In this document: piece by piece, positions 43,549 through 53,090 of the stretch
Position numbering within the stretch: the first letter of the stretch is position 1
Layout: each line of letters opens with the position of its first letter
Assembly: GCA_900617105.1 (NCBI GenBank)
Contig: UYFQ01000002.1
Span: forward strand, 1-64,000
Direction: 5' to 3'
DNA length: 64,000 bases
Origin: Hydrurus foetidus
Lineage: Eukaryota
The notes under the pieces: generated by a model
The model's database searches: none
Told to the model about the DNA's origin: nothing
What the model saw: only the letters and a program-made list of their open reading frames with translations
Program-made: the position numbers and the translations under genes

Positions 43549-44937
43549 TTAGCTTTGGCTCCCAACGTGCAATGCATTCTTGGTTCCAAGTCGCAGCTGC
43601 AGCTGTTCGATCTGTGCATCCATATTTCGCCAAGTACTACCAATGTCGATATTCACTGGTATGACGACTTCAAAGTCAACGCGTCCTCCATCGGGTAGCC
43701 AAAGTTCCATACGACCATTTCCAATTAGGTGCTTACGAAGTTCAATAACTTTGATCGCTTCTTCCAATCCTTCAAAGTCAGAAGATATTCGGTAGTTCAG
43801 TTCGTCGACGTCAAGGTGCGCGCGTCTCGATGGGAAGTCGAGTCGAAAATCGAGGCTGACAGAACCTGATGCACAGTTGGCTACCGCAACAACCCATCCG
43901 GCGCGGACTTCTAGAACACGGATTGATAACTTCGCAAAAGCTGGCAGAGGCGGGAAAGGCCAGTTAGCAACACCAACGACAACCCCATGGAGTCCGATGT
44001 GACGTCGAGAAACATGTTGTTTGGCTCGAAGTGACTGACGGACTTGCTCGGGTACAAACGGTGCAAGCGGCTCGAGTCGATCACGCGATCGATACACCTG
44101 CATCTCGTCGGGTACTTGCAGTTCATCGGTAATGTAACTTCTTGCTAGCGATTCGATAACTACCAGATCACGCGCAAGCCGAGTGCGATCCTCGGGGACG
44201 TCCGGATCTCCCCGACCGTCAGAGTACTTCGCATGTGCAATTGCCGAACGTCCGCTGTCATAAATGTGCTTGCCGACATCGGTGATTTGAGTGTTCAGTT
44301 CGTTCACACGATCGGCTGCGTCGCCTGTGAGCGTCGGCAGCGCTCCTGCGATCCATGTGACTCTCGCTGCACTATTGTCAAACTGAGACTCAATGACCTT
44401 GAAGAAGCTGAGAAAGGCGTATCCAGCGTGAATGTTTCGCAAGCGGCAGCCCTCTCGCCAAAAAGCAAGCGCCCGCCGCGTTCTTTCATCACGAATCAAG
44501 GGGAGATAGTTGCAGTCGAAGCTATGCGAACCGCCCGCGAGCATGCTTGCTTCGGAATTCGGCTCTGAATAAAGGTTGGCGTGCGTTCCTGTAATGTATC
44601 CGCCCACATCCACGTAGCCGCGCTTAAACCAACCTAGGATCGAGGCAAATCTAAGGATCTTTCCCATGACTTCGTTGTCATTCCCTTGCGTACATCGCAT
44701 CGTGATTGCTGGCCCACTTCTATGGCCATTGCGGTGTCGAACCCCTCGCAGGAAATAGTCGTCACCGTCATAGTTGACACGGACATCCTCCTGCGGCCAC
44801 GCGATCGAGGCTGAACATGCTGCCGTTAGCCAGCCCATAGCAGAACCATAATGCGACTCCGCGTTCTCGCCAAACTCATGCGCAACGTATGGACCGTGCT
44901 TCATCGCGCCAAGTCTGAGCGTGATGCGGGCACGCAT
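43549..44937 (-). CDS. HEPN-domain protein (MauJ/ApeA-like)
   Basis: RRALAFWREG...AFLSFFKVIE; RSAIAH (Rx4H). Confidence 0.6.
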   Translation of the reverse strand: MRARITLRLGAMKHGPYVAHEFGENAESHYGSAMGWLTAACSASIAWPQEDVRVNYDGDDYFLRGVRHRNGHRSGPAITMRCTQGNDNEVMGKILRFASILGWFKRGYVDVGGYITGTHANLYSEPNSEASMLAGGSHSFDCNYLPLIRDERTRRALAFWREGCRLRNIHAGYAFLSFFKVIESQFDNSAARVTWIAGALPTLTGDAADRVNELNTQITDVGKHIYDSGRSAIAHAKYSDGRGDPDVPEDRTRLARDLVVIESLARSYITDELQVPDEMQVYRSRDRLEPLAPFVPEQVRQSLRAKQHVSRRHIGLHGVVVGVANWPFPPLPAFAKLSIRVLEVRAGWVVAVANCASGSVSLDFRLDFPSRRAHLDVDELNYRISSDFEGLEEAIKVIELRKHLIGNGRMELWLPDGGRVDFEVVIPVNIDIGSTWRNMDAQIEQLQLRLGTKNALHVGSQS

Positions 44938-45002
44938 ACTCGTCCGGGAAATTGACAGGGAATTGGGGTGAGCATCAAATTAAATTTCCAACGAGCTAAA
45001 AA

Positions 45003-45314
45003 TCAAACGCGAACGCCAGCAGGCGCAGCATGCAACTGCAAGCCCAACGCAGCAATCACTTTCAAAATCGTCGCAAATTCAGGATTACCGGTAGGCGATA
45101 GAGCTTTGTACAAACTCTCGCGCCCCAGACCTGCGTCACGTGCTGTTTGCGTCATGCCCTTGGCTCGGGCAATGTCGCCAAGTGCGGCTGCGATTAACGC
45201 TGGGTCTTGTTCCTCAAGTGCAGCTTCGAGGTACGCGGCCATGTCTTGCTTGGTTTTCAGGTGTTCAGCAGGGTCCCACGAGGTGGTTGCTATTTTTGTA
45301 ATTGCTTTAGTCAC
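45003..45314 (-). CDS. Addiction-module antidote HTH protein
   Basis: IARAKGMTQTARDAGLGRESLYKALS...NPEF. Confidence 0.85.
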   Translation of the reverse strand: MTKAITKIATTSWDPAEHLKTKQDMAAYLEAALEEQDPALIAAALGDIARAKGMTQTARDAGLGRESLYKALSPTGNPEFATILKVIAALGLQLHAAPAGVRV

Positions 45315-45385
45315 GTTAATGTTTTGTGTTGCTTTTCGTTGATCACACTTCGCTTAACGTCGCTGTGGAAAATCGATGATGGCGC

Positions 45386-45784
45386 CTAAATACAAAAAAG
45401 ACTCAAGCCATCCACACGCTTGAAATCAGCTTCGTTAGCCGTCACAAGCTGCAAACTGTGAGTCAGCGCAGGGGCCGCTATAACCGCATCTGGCAGTTTG
45501 AGCCCATGCGCTTTACGAATACGAATGGCTTGGGCGATCACAGGCTCTGTCAGTGCCAACTCAGGAAGCTGTTCAATCAAATCGGTGGTCTGGCGCAGCG
45601 ACTCGTCGGTGTGGCCTTGCCAGGCCAACATTTCGATGCGTGTGATCACGCTGATGAACGCCTGCTGAACCTTGATGCCGTCTGCCAGCTGCTGCGTGAC
45701 TTGCGGGGTTAGCGCCATATTGAGGTGATAAATCAATACATTCGTGTCTAGCAACAAAGGCACCGACAGCGTTGCCGTAATCAT
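45386..45784 (-). CDS. vapC: PIN-domain (VapC) toxin
   Basis: LDTNVLI, LKLPDAVIAA, TANEADF. Confidence 0.85.
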   Translation of the reverse strand: MITATLSVPLLLDTNVLIYHLNMALTPQVTQQLADGIKVQQAFISVITRIEMLAWQGHTDESLRQTTDLIEQLPELALTEPVIAQAIRIRKAHGLKLPDAVIAAPALTHSLQLVTANEADFKRVDGLSLFCI

Positions 45785-45788
45785 TCGT

Positions 45789-46049
45789 TTATGCGCCCGC
45801 TGGCCGGCAATCCCATTCAGACCGCATCGCAGCCAGTTGCGCATCAATCTGCTCGCGACTAGCTTTGCCCAAGCACCGCTGCGCCCTCATGAAAGCGATG
45901 TAAGCCGAATTGGTCGGCGAGTTTTTGGCCGGTGCGGATGCGATGTCTTCCATCACCACCAGGACACGACGATGTTCTACCGGCTCGGGCGGCTGGTCTA
46001 TCCAAATCAATTGCGAGCCGTTGATTTCGGCTTGGTAACTGTTCAACAT
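45789..46049 (-). CDS. Probable antitoxin
   Basis: Small ORF ending MRSEWD directly upstream of the PIN gene. Confidence 0.6.
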   Translation of the reverse strand: MLNSYQAEINGSQLIWIDQPPEPVEHRRVLVVMEDIASAPAKNSPTNSAYIAFMRAQRCLGKASREQIDAQLAAMRSEWDCRPAGA

Positions 46050-46147
46050 AGTGATTGCAACGTAGTGGTTTTAGTGCAGCTTTATTGAAGTGGGGCAACG
46101 CTCGCCTGCACGACGAGATCAGTTTAATCCACCAAACCGCCAGGTAC

Positions 46148-46846
46148 CTACACCCCCCGCAAATTCACCCGCTTGCTCAAAGCCTCAGCACTCTCCTTGC
46201 GCTCACTGTACCGATCCGTCAACCAGCCAGACGCATCCCGTGTGAGCAGCGTGAACTTGACCAGCTCTTCCATCACGTCAACGATGCGGTCGTAATAGGC
46301 TGACGGCTTCATCCGCCCTGCTTCGTCGAACTCTAAAAACGCTTTGGCAATTGACGACTGGTTAGGGATGGTGAGCATGCGCATCCAGCGGCCGAGCACG
46401 CGCATTTGGTTGACGGCGTTGAACGACTGGCTGCCGCCGCTGACTTGCATCAGCGCCAGCGTTTTGCCTTGCGTGGGCCGCACTGCACCTAACGCCAACG
46501 GTATCCAGTCGATTTGTGATTTCAAGATGCCGGTCATGGCGCCGTGGCGTTCGGGTGATGTCCAGATCATGCCTTCGGCCCATTCGGCCAGGGCGCGCAG
46601 CTCGGCTACTTTGGGGTGGCTGTCGGGTGCGTCGTCTGGCAACGGCAGGCCGCTGGGGTTGAAGGTTTTGGTTTCGCAGCCCATGGCCTCTAATAATCGT
46701 GCCGCTTCTTCGCTGGCCAGGCGGCTGTACGAGCGCTCGCGCACCGAGCCGTAGAGCAGCAAAATACGCGGAGGGTGGCTGGATTTGTCCACTTGCGGCA
46801 AAACCGGAATGGTGAAAAGCGCTTGATCAAGGTTCGGAAAATGCAT
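46148..46846 (-). CDS. arsH: Arsenical resistance flavoprotein
   Basis: [29 protein letters not shown]. Confidence 0.96.
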   Translation of the reverse strand: MHFPNLDQALFTIPVLPQVDKSSHPPRILLLYGSVRERSYSRLASEEAARLLEAMGCETKTFNPSGLPLPDDAPDSHPKVAELRALAEWAEGMIWTSPERHGAMTGILKSQIDWIPLALGAVRPTQGKTLALMQVSGGSQSFNAVNQMRVLGRWMRMLTIPNQSSIAKAFLEFDEAGRMKPSAYYDRIVDVMEELVKFTLLTRDASGWLTDRYSERKESAEALSKRVNLRGV

Positions 46847-46898
46847 AAAAATTGTAGTGCGGCTTGTTTTAATTCAATACTTCAATTATATTTGAACT

Positions 46899-47246
46899 AT
46901 GGAAACAATAACAGAATTGATGACCGAGGCTACCGCCGTCAAAGCGCTGGCCGCCCTTGCCCAAGCCCAACGCCTGCGCGCCTTCAGGGCGCTGGTGGCG
47001 GCGGGGCTAGACGGGCTCACCCCGGGCGTGATTGCTGAGCAATTGGGCGTTGCACCCAGCGCGTTGTCGTTTCACTTGAAGGAGTTGGCGCATTCCGGCT
47101 TGGTCAGCGCAGAGGCCCGTGGCCGCAACCTGATTTACCGCGCCAGCTTTGACCACATGAGCGCACTGCTCGGGTATTTGACGGCGCACTGCTGCCGGGG
47201 CCAGCCGTGTGAAGCCAGCACGCTGCCTGACTGCCTGAATTGTTAG
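46899..47246 (+). CDS. arsR: ArsR-family repressor
   Basis: LSFHLKEL; C-terminal CC...C. Confidence 0.9.
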   Translation: METITELMTEATAVKALAALAQAQRLRAFRALVAAGLDGLTPGVIAEQLGVAPSALSFHLKELAHSGLVSAEARGRNLIYRASFDHMSALLGYLTAHCCRGQPCEASTLPDCLNC

Positions 47247-47279
47247 TTTTAGTGCCTTTTCAAGCATCTTATAAGCCTG

Positions 47280-47322
47280 TAGCCCAATAAATACAGGCGC
47301 AAGCAGCTCCTATATTAATAGT
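47280..47322 (+). repeat. 43-bp repeat copy
   Basis: TAGCCCAATAAATACAGGCGCAAGCAGCTCCTATATTAATAGT. Confidence 0.85.
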
Positions 47323-47351
47323 AACTTCACACCTCCGTAAAGGAACCCACC

Positions 47352-47852
47352 ATGTCAACCGAACCCATCAACGTGCTGTTTTTATGCACCCACAATTCAG
47401 CCCGCAGCATACTGGCCGAAGCGCTGCTCAACCACATCGGCAAAGGCCGCTTCAAAGCCTGGTCAGCCGGCAGCAGCCCGCGTGAGAACCAGCAGCCCAA
47501 CCCGATTGGTATTGAAGTTTTGAAAGCCGCAGGCATTGCCACTGACGGCCTGCACAGCAAAACTTGGGACGACTTTGCGAAACCAGACGCTCCAAAAATG
47601 AACCTGGTTATTACGGTTTGCGACAACGCCGCAGGCGAGGCCTGCCCCTATTGGCCCGGCCAGCCCGCCACCGCGCATTGGGGCTACCCTGACCCGTCCG
47701 CAGGCGACGGTGACGATGCCTACAAACGCGAAGCCTTCAAGCAAACGTTGCACGCGCTGCGCCGCAGGCTGGAACTGCTGGTCAACCTGCCAGAGGCCAG
47801 CGTTAGCCGTTTGATGCTGGAAACGACCGCGCGTAGCCTTGCCAAGTCCTGA
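47352..47852 (+). CDS. arsC: Arsenate reductase (LMW-PTP fold)
   Basis: CTHNSARS, TVCDNAAGEACP, HWGYPDP. Confidence 0.9.
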   Translation: MSTEPINVLFLCTHNSARSILAEALLNHIGKGRFKAWSAGSSPRENQQPNPIGIEVLKAAGIATDGLHSKTWDDFAKPDAPKMNLVITVCDNAAGEACPYWPGQPATAHWGYPDPSAGDGDDAYKREAFKQTLHALRRRLELLVNLPEASVSRLMLETTARSLAKS

Positions 47853-47856
47853 AACC

Positions 47857-48537
47857 ATGAGCCAGCCGCCATTAAAAAACCAGCTGTTCGCAGAATTTTT
47901 CGGCACCGCCGCGCTGCTTTGCGCGGTGATTGGCTCGGGCATCATGGCGGTGAACTTAAGTGATGGCAACAACGGCGTGGCGCTACTTGCCAATACGCTG
48001 GCTACCGTGTTTGCGCTGTATGTGTTGATTGAGCTGCTGGGGCCGGTGAGCGGCGCGCATTTCAACCCTTTGGTGACGTTAATTGTGCTGTTTCGGGCAT
48101 CAAATACGGCTGTAGCCCAATCAAATAGGGCGCAAGCAGCTTCTTTATTCATAGCGTTTCAGTTGCTTGGCGCAGTCGCCGGCGCATGGCTGGCCAACAC
48201 CATGTTCGACCTGAGCGTGCTGCAGCTCAGCAGCAAAGTGCGCGGCGGCTGGGGCCAGTGGCTGGGTGAAGTGGTGGCAACTGCCGGTTTGATTCTGGTC
48301 GTGCTGCGCGCGCCTGCAGGCAAGGCCGCTGGCCTGGTGGCCTGCTACATCGGCGCGGCGTATTGGTTTACTTCAAGCACATCATTCGCTAATCCGGCGG
48401 CGGTGCTGGGGCGGATGTTGTCAGACAGTTTTGCGGGCATTGCACCTGGCAGTGCCTTGGGGTTTGTGGCAGCACAGTGCGTGGGGGCCGCCTTTGGCGT
48501 GGCGATTCACCGCCTGTTAGGCAAGCCACTTTTGTAA
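47857..48537 (+). CDS. MIP-family channel (AqpS-like)
   Basis: SGAHFNPL and FANPA loops; located in the ars operon. Confidence 0.85.
   Translation: MSQPPLKNQLFAEFFGTAALLCAVIGSGIMAVNLSDGNNGVALLANTLATVFALYVLIELLGPVSGAHFNPLVTLIVLFRASNTAVAQSNRAQAASLFIAFQLLGAVAGAWLANTMFDLSVLQLSSKVRGGWGQWLGEVVATAGLILVVLRAPAGKAAGLVACYIGAAYWFTSSTSFANPAAVLGRMLSDSFAGIAPGSALGFVAAQCVGAAFGVAIHRLLGKPLL
48113..48155 (+). repeat. 43-bp repeat copy translated inside the aquaporin
   Basis: TAGCCCAATCAAATAGGGCGCAAGCAGCTTCTTTATTCATAGC. Confidence 0.85.
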
Positions 48538-49020
48538 AAACTGCGCGCTGCCCATGGCGGGGTTTAGCTGGTAGCCAGCAAAGCCGATTCGCTCGTACAA
48601 CTTGATGGCGCTCGGGTTGCCGCTGAGCACTTCAAGCGTCAGTTTGCAGGCACCGCGCTGCTGGGCTATTTGCTCTACAAGCGCCAGCATTTGCTCGCCC
48701 ACCCGCTGCCCGCGATGGCTGGCTAGCACCACCACGTCATGCACATTGACCAGCGGCTTGCATGCAAAAGTTGAAAAACCTTCGATGCAATTGACCAGCC
48801 CCACGGGCAAGCTGCCGTCAAAAGCCAGCACGCTAAACGCCTGCGGCCGCTTGGCCAGCTCGCTGATTAAATTTGCTTTTGTAAACGCTGACAAGGCTTT
48901 GCCGCCGCCTGCTGGGTCTTGCGCATAGGCGTCGAGCAAGTGCACCATGGCTTGGGCGTGTAGGGGGTCTGCGTAGTTGGCCAGGCAGATGTTGAGTGTT
49001 GGTGGGATCACTTCGGGCAA
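48517..49020 (-). CDS. GNAT acetyltransferase
   Basis: GFSTFACKPLVNVHD, HRGQRVG, CKLTLEV. Confidence 0.85.
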   Translation of the reverse strand: MPEVIPPTLNICLANYADPLHAQAMVHLLDAYAQDPAGGGKALSAFTKANLISELAKRPQAFSVLAFDGSLPVGLVNCIEGFSTFACKPLVNVHDVVVLASHRGQRVGEQMLALVEQIAQQRGACKLTLEVLSGNPSAIKLYERIGFAGYQLNPAMGSAQFLQKWLA

Positions 49021-49038
49021 TTCAATTTAGGTTTATTC

Positions 49039-49081
49039 ACTATTAATTAAGGAGCTGCTTACGCCCGTATTAATTGGGCTA
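49039..49081 (-). repeat. 43-bp repeat copy
   Basis: ACTATTAATTAAGGAGCTGCTTACGCCCGTATTAATTGGGCTA. Confidence 0.85.
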
Positions 49082-49144
49082 CAGGGCTGTTTGATACTGG
49101 TTTTGCGGGTACTTAGTGCCAGTTAGGCGACTCTCTAGTCTAGT

Positions 49145-50152
49145 TTACTTGCCCGCAAGATACGTCGACTTGAACTGAATCAAAGCCGCTTGATATTGCG
49201 CGTCTCCCACCTCGGCCAGGTTGCTGTGCGCCCCGCCCTCCACGGCCAGCCACTGCTTGGGCGCGTTGGCGGCGGCAAACAGCTTTTGCCCCAACACGAT
49301 GGGCACGGTGGTGTCTTGCGTGCCGTGGATCATTAAAACAGGGGCCTGCACCTGGGTAATTTTGTCGATAGATTCAAAGCGCTGGGTGTTGAACTTGGCC
49401 AGCAAGCCGGCGAAAAATCCCGCCTCGCGGGCTACGTCGGTAAAGCTGGTGATGGCTGATTCCAAAATCAGCACGCCGTACTCTGCGGGTGCCTGGTGGC
49501 GGCTGGCCACATCGACTGCTACCCCGCTGCCCATGCTGTGCCCGTACAGCACGCGCTGCGCAGCGCGCGGCTCGCGGCGCTGCAACTCGGCAAAGGCCAA
49601 GTCAGCGTCTTGCAAAATGGTTTGCTCAGACGGTGTGATGACCGTGCTCTGGCCCCAGCCGCGGTATTCCACGGCCAGCACGGCAAACCCGGCTTCGCGC
49701 AGCGCATCAATTTTGCGCAGGTTTTGCGGCAAATTGCGAAAGGTGCCGTGGTAGTACAGGAGCGTCGGGGCGGTTTTGTCAGGGTGCGGCAGCCACCATA
49801 TTTCTACTTGTTGCGGGGAGGTTGTTTTGCTGGGCAGGTTGGTGGAAGGGTTTGCGGCTGGGTCTGTGGGAGCCAGCTCAGTGGCGTTTAGGCTGACTGG
49901 CTTCGGCAGGCTTAAAAAGTAGCGTTCGTCGCCCTTGCGCAGGCCGGCAAAATCGGCAGGCACGCCGGGCGTGGCGCGGTAGATGATGCTCCGCTGCTTG
50001 ACGTCGAGCCAAGCACACCCGCTGGCGGACAGCAGAAAAACCGATACCAAAAGCACTAGAATTCTGGGCGAAGCATGTAAGCTGCATAATGCACTACAAA
50101 AAGCGCTGCTTGCAGCCCCTAAACTCCGTAACCCTTTGATTTTTAACAACAT
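49145..50152 (-). CDS. Alpha/beta hydrolase, probable lipoprotein
   Basis: GHSMG, HGTQD, GAH catalytic triad; start uncertain. Confidence 0.85.
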   Translation of the reverse strand: MLLKIKGLRSLGAASSAFCSALCSLHASPRILVLLVSVFLLSASGCAWLDVKQRSIIYRATPGVPADFAGLRKGDERYFLSLPKPVSLNATELAPTDPAANPSTNLPSKTTSPQQVEIWWLPHPDKTAPTLLYYHGTFRNLPQNLRKIDALREAGFAVLAVEYRGWGQSTVITPSEQTILQDADLAFAELQRREPRAAQRVLYGHSMGSGVAVDVASRHQAPAEYGVLILESAITSFTDVAREAGFFAGLLAKFNTQRFESIDKITQVQAPVLMIHGTQDTTVPIVLGQKLFAAANAPKQWLAVEGGAHSNLAEVGDAQYQAALIQFKSTYLAGK

Positions 50153-50161
50153 TGTTTCGTT

Positions 50162-50668
50162 ATGAATAAGTTATCTGCCGTGGCTTTGGGCCTGATTGTG
50201 GCCCAATTTTCCAGCCAGGCGTTGGCCCAGTCGGCCTTGTCTTCGCTTGTTGGCGAGGGCAATGTGCTGCGTTTGCAGTTAAGCCCTTTTAGCTATCACT
50301 GGGCCAAGCGCGACCCCGAAGATCGCAACGTTTTCTTGATTGGTGTGGAACGAGAGCACCCGAACGGCAAGATTGACGGCATTTCATATTTCAGCAACAC
50401 CTTTGGCCAAGACAGTCTGTATGTGTTTCCGTTTGGCGCCGTGTACAAAGGTATTTTCGGCATGCCCAAGCTGTCGGTGAAATGGACGGCGGGCATTATT
50501 TACGGCTACAAAGCGCCGTTTGAGAAAAAAGTACCGGTGAATTACAAAGGCTTTGCGCCAGCGATTATTCCGGCGGTTACCTACGAGTTCAGCCCGAACT
50601 GGTCTGGGCAAATTAACTTGCTGGGCACGCAGGGCGTGATGTTTCAGTTCAATGTGCCGATGAACTGA
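50162..50668 (+). CDS. Secreted/outer-membrane hypothetical protein
   Basis: Signal peptide ending ALA-Q; alternating beta-strand pattern. Confidence 0.6.
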   Translation: MNKLSAVALGLIVAQFSSQALAQSALSSLVGEGNVLRLQLSPFSYHWAKRDPEDRNVFLIGVEREHPNGKIDGISYFSNTFGQDSLYVFPFGAVYKGIFGMPKLSVKWTAGIIYGYKAPFEKKVPVNYKGFAPAIIPAVTYEFSPNWSGQINLLGTQGVMFQFNVPMN

Positions 50669-50689
50669 GTGCGGTAGCGTCAGCTTTTT

Positions 50690-50732
50690 ACTATTAATTT
50701 AAGAGCTGCTCGCGCCCGTATTTATTGGGCTA
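50690..50732 (-). repeat. 43-bp repeat copy
   Basis: ACTATTAATTTAAGAGCTGCTCGCGCCCGTATTTATTGGGCTA. Confidence 0.9.
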
Positions 50733-50763
50733 CAAGCCGATTTATTGCCTATTTAAGGCGTAT

Positions 50764-52095
50764 TTAGCCCGCTACAGTCGCCTGCAGCCGCTGCGCACAA
50801 CTCAGCGCCTGCGCTGCGTCGCGCGCCTCAACCATCAATCTTAAAAGCGGCTCAGTGCCACTGGCGCGAATCAGCACTCGGCCGGTTTGGCCAAGCTCGG
50901 TGTTGATGGCGGCGGTCTCCGTTTTTAGCAGCGCGTTGCTCGCCCAGTCCTGCCCGGGCTTGAGGCGAACATTGATCAGCGTTTGCGGAAACAGCGTCAA
51001 GTCGCCCAACAGCTCGGCGATGGTTTTGCCGCTGCGCACGCAAGCTTGCAGCACTTGCAGCGCGCTAACCAGGCCATCACCAGTTGTGTGTTTGTCTAGC
51101 GCCAACAAGTGGCCCGAACCTTCGCCGCCCAGCAGCCAGCCGCGCTTTTCAAGCTCTTCGAGCACATAACGGTCGCCCACCTTGGCGCGCACCAGGTCCA
51201 CGCCTTTGCGTTTTAGGGCGATTTCAACGGCCATGTTGGTCATAAGCGTGCCGACTGCGCCAGGCACGTTTTCGCCCCGGGCCAGGCGCTCGTTGACCAT
51301 TAAATACAGCACCTCGTCGCCATTGAACAAGCGGCCTGTGCTGTCGATTAGTTGCAGCCGGTCGGCGTCGCCGTCTAGCGCAATGCCGTAGTCGGCTTTG
51401 TGGTGCTTGACCGCCGCTATCAGTGCCTCCGGGTGGGTGGCGCCAAAGCCGTCGTTGATGTTGAGGCCGTCTGGCGCGCAGCCGATGGCGATGACTTCAG
51501 CGCCCAGCTCGTGAAACACTTTGGGCGCTACCTGGTAGGCCGCGCCATGTGCGCCGTCGACCACAATTTTTAGGCCCTTCAGCGTCAAATCATTAGCGAA
51601 GGTGCTTTTGCAGAACTCGATGTACCGGCCAGCAGCGTCGTCTAGCCGCTTGGCTTTGCCCAGCGCGGCTGAGTCGGCCCACACGGCCGCTTCAAGCAGC
51701 TCGGCCTCAACCGCATGTTCCCAAGCATCGCTGAGCTTGGTGCCCTGCGCGCTGAAAAACTTGATGCCGTTGTCTGCAAAAGCGTTGTGGCTGGCGCTAA
51801 TGACCACGCCCAGGCTGGCCCGTTGCGCACGCGTCAGGTAGGCCACGCCGGGCGTGGGCAGCGGGCCTAACAGCACTACGTCAACGCCAGCTGAATTAAA
51901 ACCTGATTCGAGCGCGCTTTCCAGCATGTAGCCCGATATGCGGGTGTCTTTGCCAATCAGTACCGTTGGCCGTGCTTCTGTGCGCTTGAGCACGCGGCCC
52001 ACAGCGTGCGCCAGGCGCAGCACAAAGTCAGGCGTAATGGGCGGCTGACCGACCGTGCCGCGAATGCCGTCGGTGCCAAAGTATTTTCTGGGCAT
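50764..52095 (-). CDS. glmM: Phosphoglucosamine mutase
   Basis: [20 protein letters not shown]. Confidence 0.97.
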   Translation of the reverse strand: MPRKYFGTDGIRGTVGQPPITPDFVLRLAHAVGRVLKRTEARPTVLIGKDTRISGYMLESALESGFNSAGVDVVLLGPLPTPGVAYLTRAQRASLGVVISASHNAFADNGIKFFSAQGTKLSDAWEHAVEAELLEAAVWADSAALGKAKRLDDAAGRYIEFCKSTFANDLTLKGLKIVVDGAHGAAYQVAPKVFHELGAEVIAIGCAPDGLNINDGFGATHPEALIAAVKHHKADYGIALDGDADRLQLIDSTGRLFNGDEVLYLMVNERLARGENVPGAVGTLMTNMAVEIALKRKGVDLVRAKVGDRYVLEELEKRGWLLGGEGSGHLLALDKHTTGDGLVSALQVLQACVRSGKTIAELLGDLTLFPQTLINVRLKPGQDWASNALLKTETAAINTELGQTGRVLIRASGTEPLLRLMVEARDAAQALSCAQRLQATVAG

Positions 52096-52124
52096 GGTTT
52101 TCTAGCTCTTTTTAATGGATTGGG

Positions 52125-53015
52125 TCATGCTGCCATTTTAGAAGCTTGAGGCGCCGCACCGCGTACGGCTGCCCATACTTTGATAGCCTGCACTGTCTCG
52201 CGCACGTCGTGTACCCGCACTACCCGCGCCCCGCGCTCAACTGCCAGCACGGCCGCAGTCACGCTGGGCACCATGCGATCGGCGATGTCCATTTGCGCAG
52301 TGAGTTCAAGCGACGTGCTGCTGACTGCCGCCAGAGACGACTTGCGCGACCAGCCGGCCAGCAGCGGGTAGCCCAAGGCCAGCAGTTCGGGCTGGCGCGC
52401 CAGCAGCGCAAAGTTTTGCTCAACAGTTTTGCCAAAGCCAATGCCGGGGTCCAACACAATACGATCATTATTAACGCCTAGCGCCCGTAATTGTTCAGCT
52501 TCATGCTTTAAAAATAATAGCACTTGCGCTACTACGTCGCCCTGCATCGGCTCGGCTTGCATGGTTTGCGGCTCACGGTACATGTGCATCAGGCACACGC
52601 CGCAATTGGGGTGCTGGGCTATCACCTGCTTCGCACCCGGCCGGCGCAACGCCCAAATGTCGTTGATGATGTCTGCACCCAGGTCGAGCACCGCGCGCAT
52701 GACTTCTGGCTTGTACGTGTCAACCGACACGGCCACGCCAAGCATGACCGCATGGCGCACCACGGGCAGCACGCGGGCCAGCTCTTCGGCCAGCGGCAAA
52801 GGCAGCGCGCCGGGGCGACTGGACTCGCCGCCGATGTCGAGCATGTCTGCGCCGTCTTTCACCAGTTGATCGCAGTGCGCCAACGCGCTGGTCATGCCGC
52901 TGCCGGGGGCGAAAAATTGGCCGCCATCTGAAAACGAATCGGGCGTGACGTTGACGATGCCCATGACTTTGGGTGAAGTCAAGTTAATTTGAAAGCGTGA
53001 GGTTTGCCAGATCAT
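52125..53015 (-). CDS. folP: Dihydropteroate synthase
   Basis: NVTPDSFSDGG, GGESSRPG, DPGIGFGK, SRKS. Confidence 0.97.
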   Translation of the reverse strand: MIWQTSRFQINLTSPKVMGIVNVTPDSFSDGGQFFAPGSGMTSALAHCDQLVKDGADMLDIGGESSRPGALPLPLAEELARVLPVVRHAVMLGVAVSVDTYKPEVMRAVLDLGADIINDIWALRRPGAKQVIAQHPNCGVCLMHMYREPQTMQAEPMQGDVVAQVLLFLKHEAEQLRALGVNNDRIVLDPGIGFGKTVEQNFALLARQPELLALGYPLLAGWSRKSSLAAVSSTSLELTAQMDIADRMVPSVTAAVLAVERGARVVRVHDVRETVQAIKVWAAVRGAAPQASKMAA

Positions 53016-53037
53016 CAGCAAGTCTAGTGTCAGAATG

Positions 53038-53063
53038 AAAAAACCCGGGACGAACCCGGGTTT
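53038..53063 (-). terminator. Intrinsic terminator after ftsH
   Basis: AAACCCGGG/CCCGGGTTT stem with a T tract on the minus strand. Confidence 0.7.
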
Positions 53064-53090
53064 GTTTGCGTGAACGAATGCAGCAAATGT

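Noticed and set aside
52459..52501. Repeat-like CTAGCGCCCGTAAT inside folP
   Set aside because: Lacks the GCTA/TAGC half and lies in ordinary DHPS sequence with no evident insertion; may be chance.
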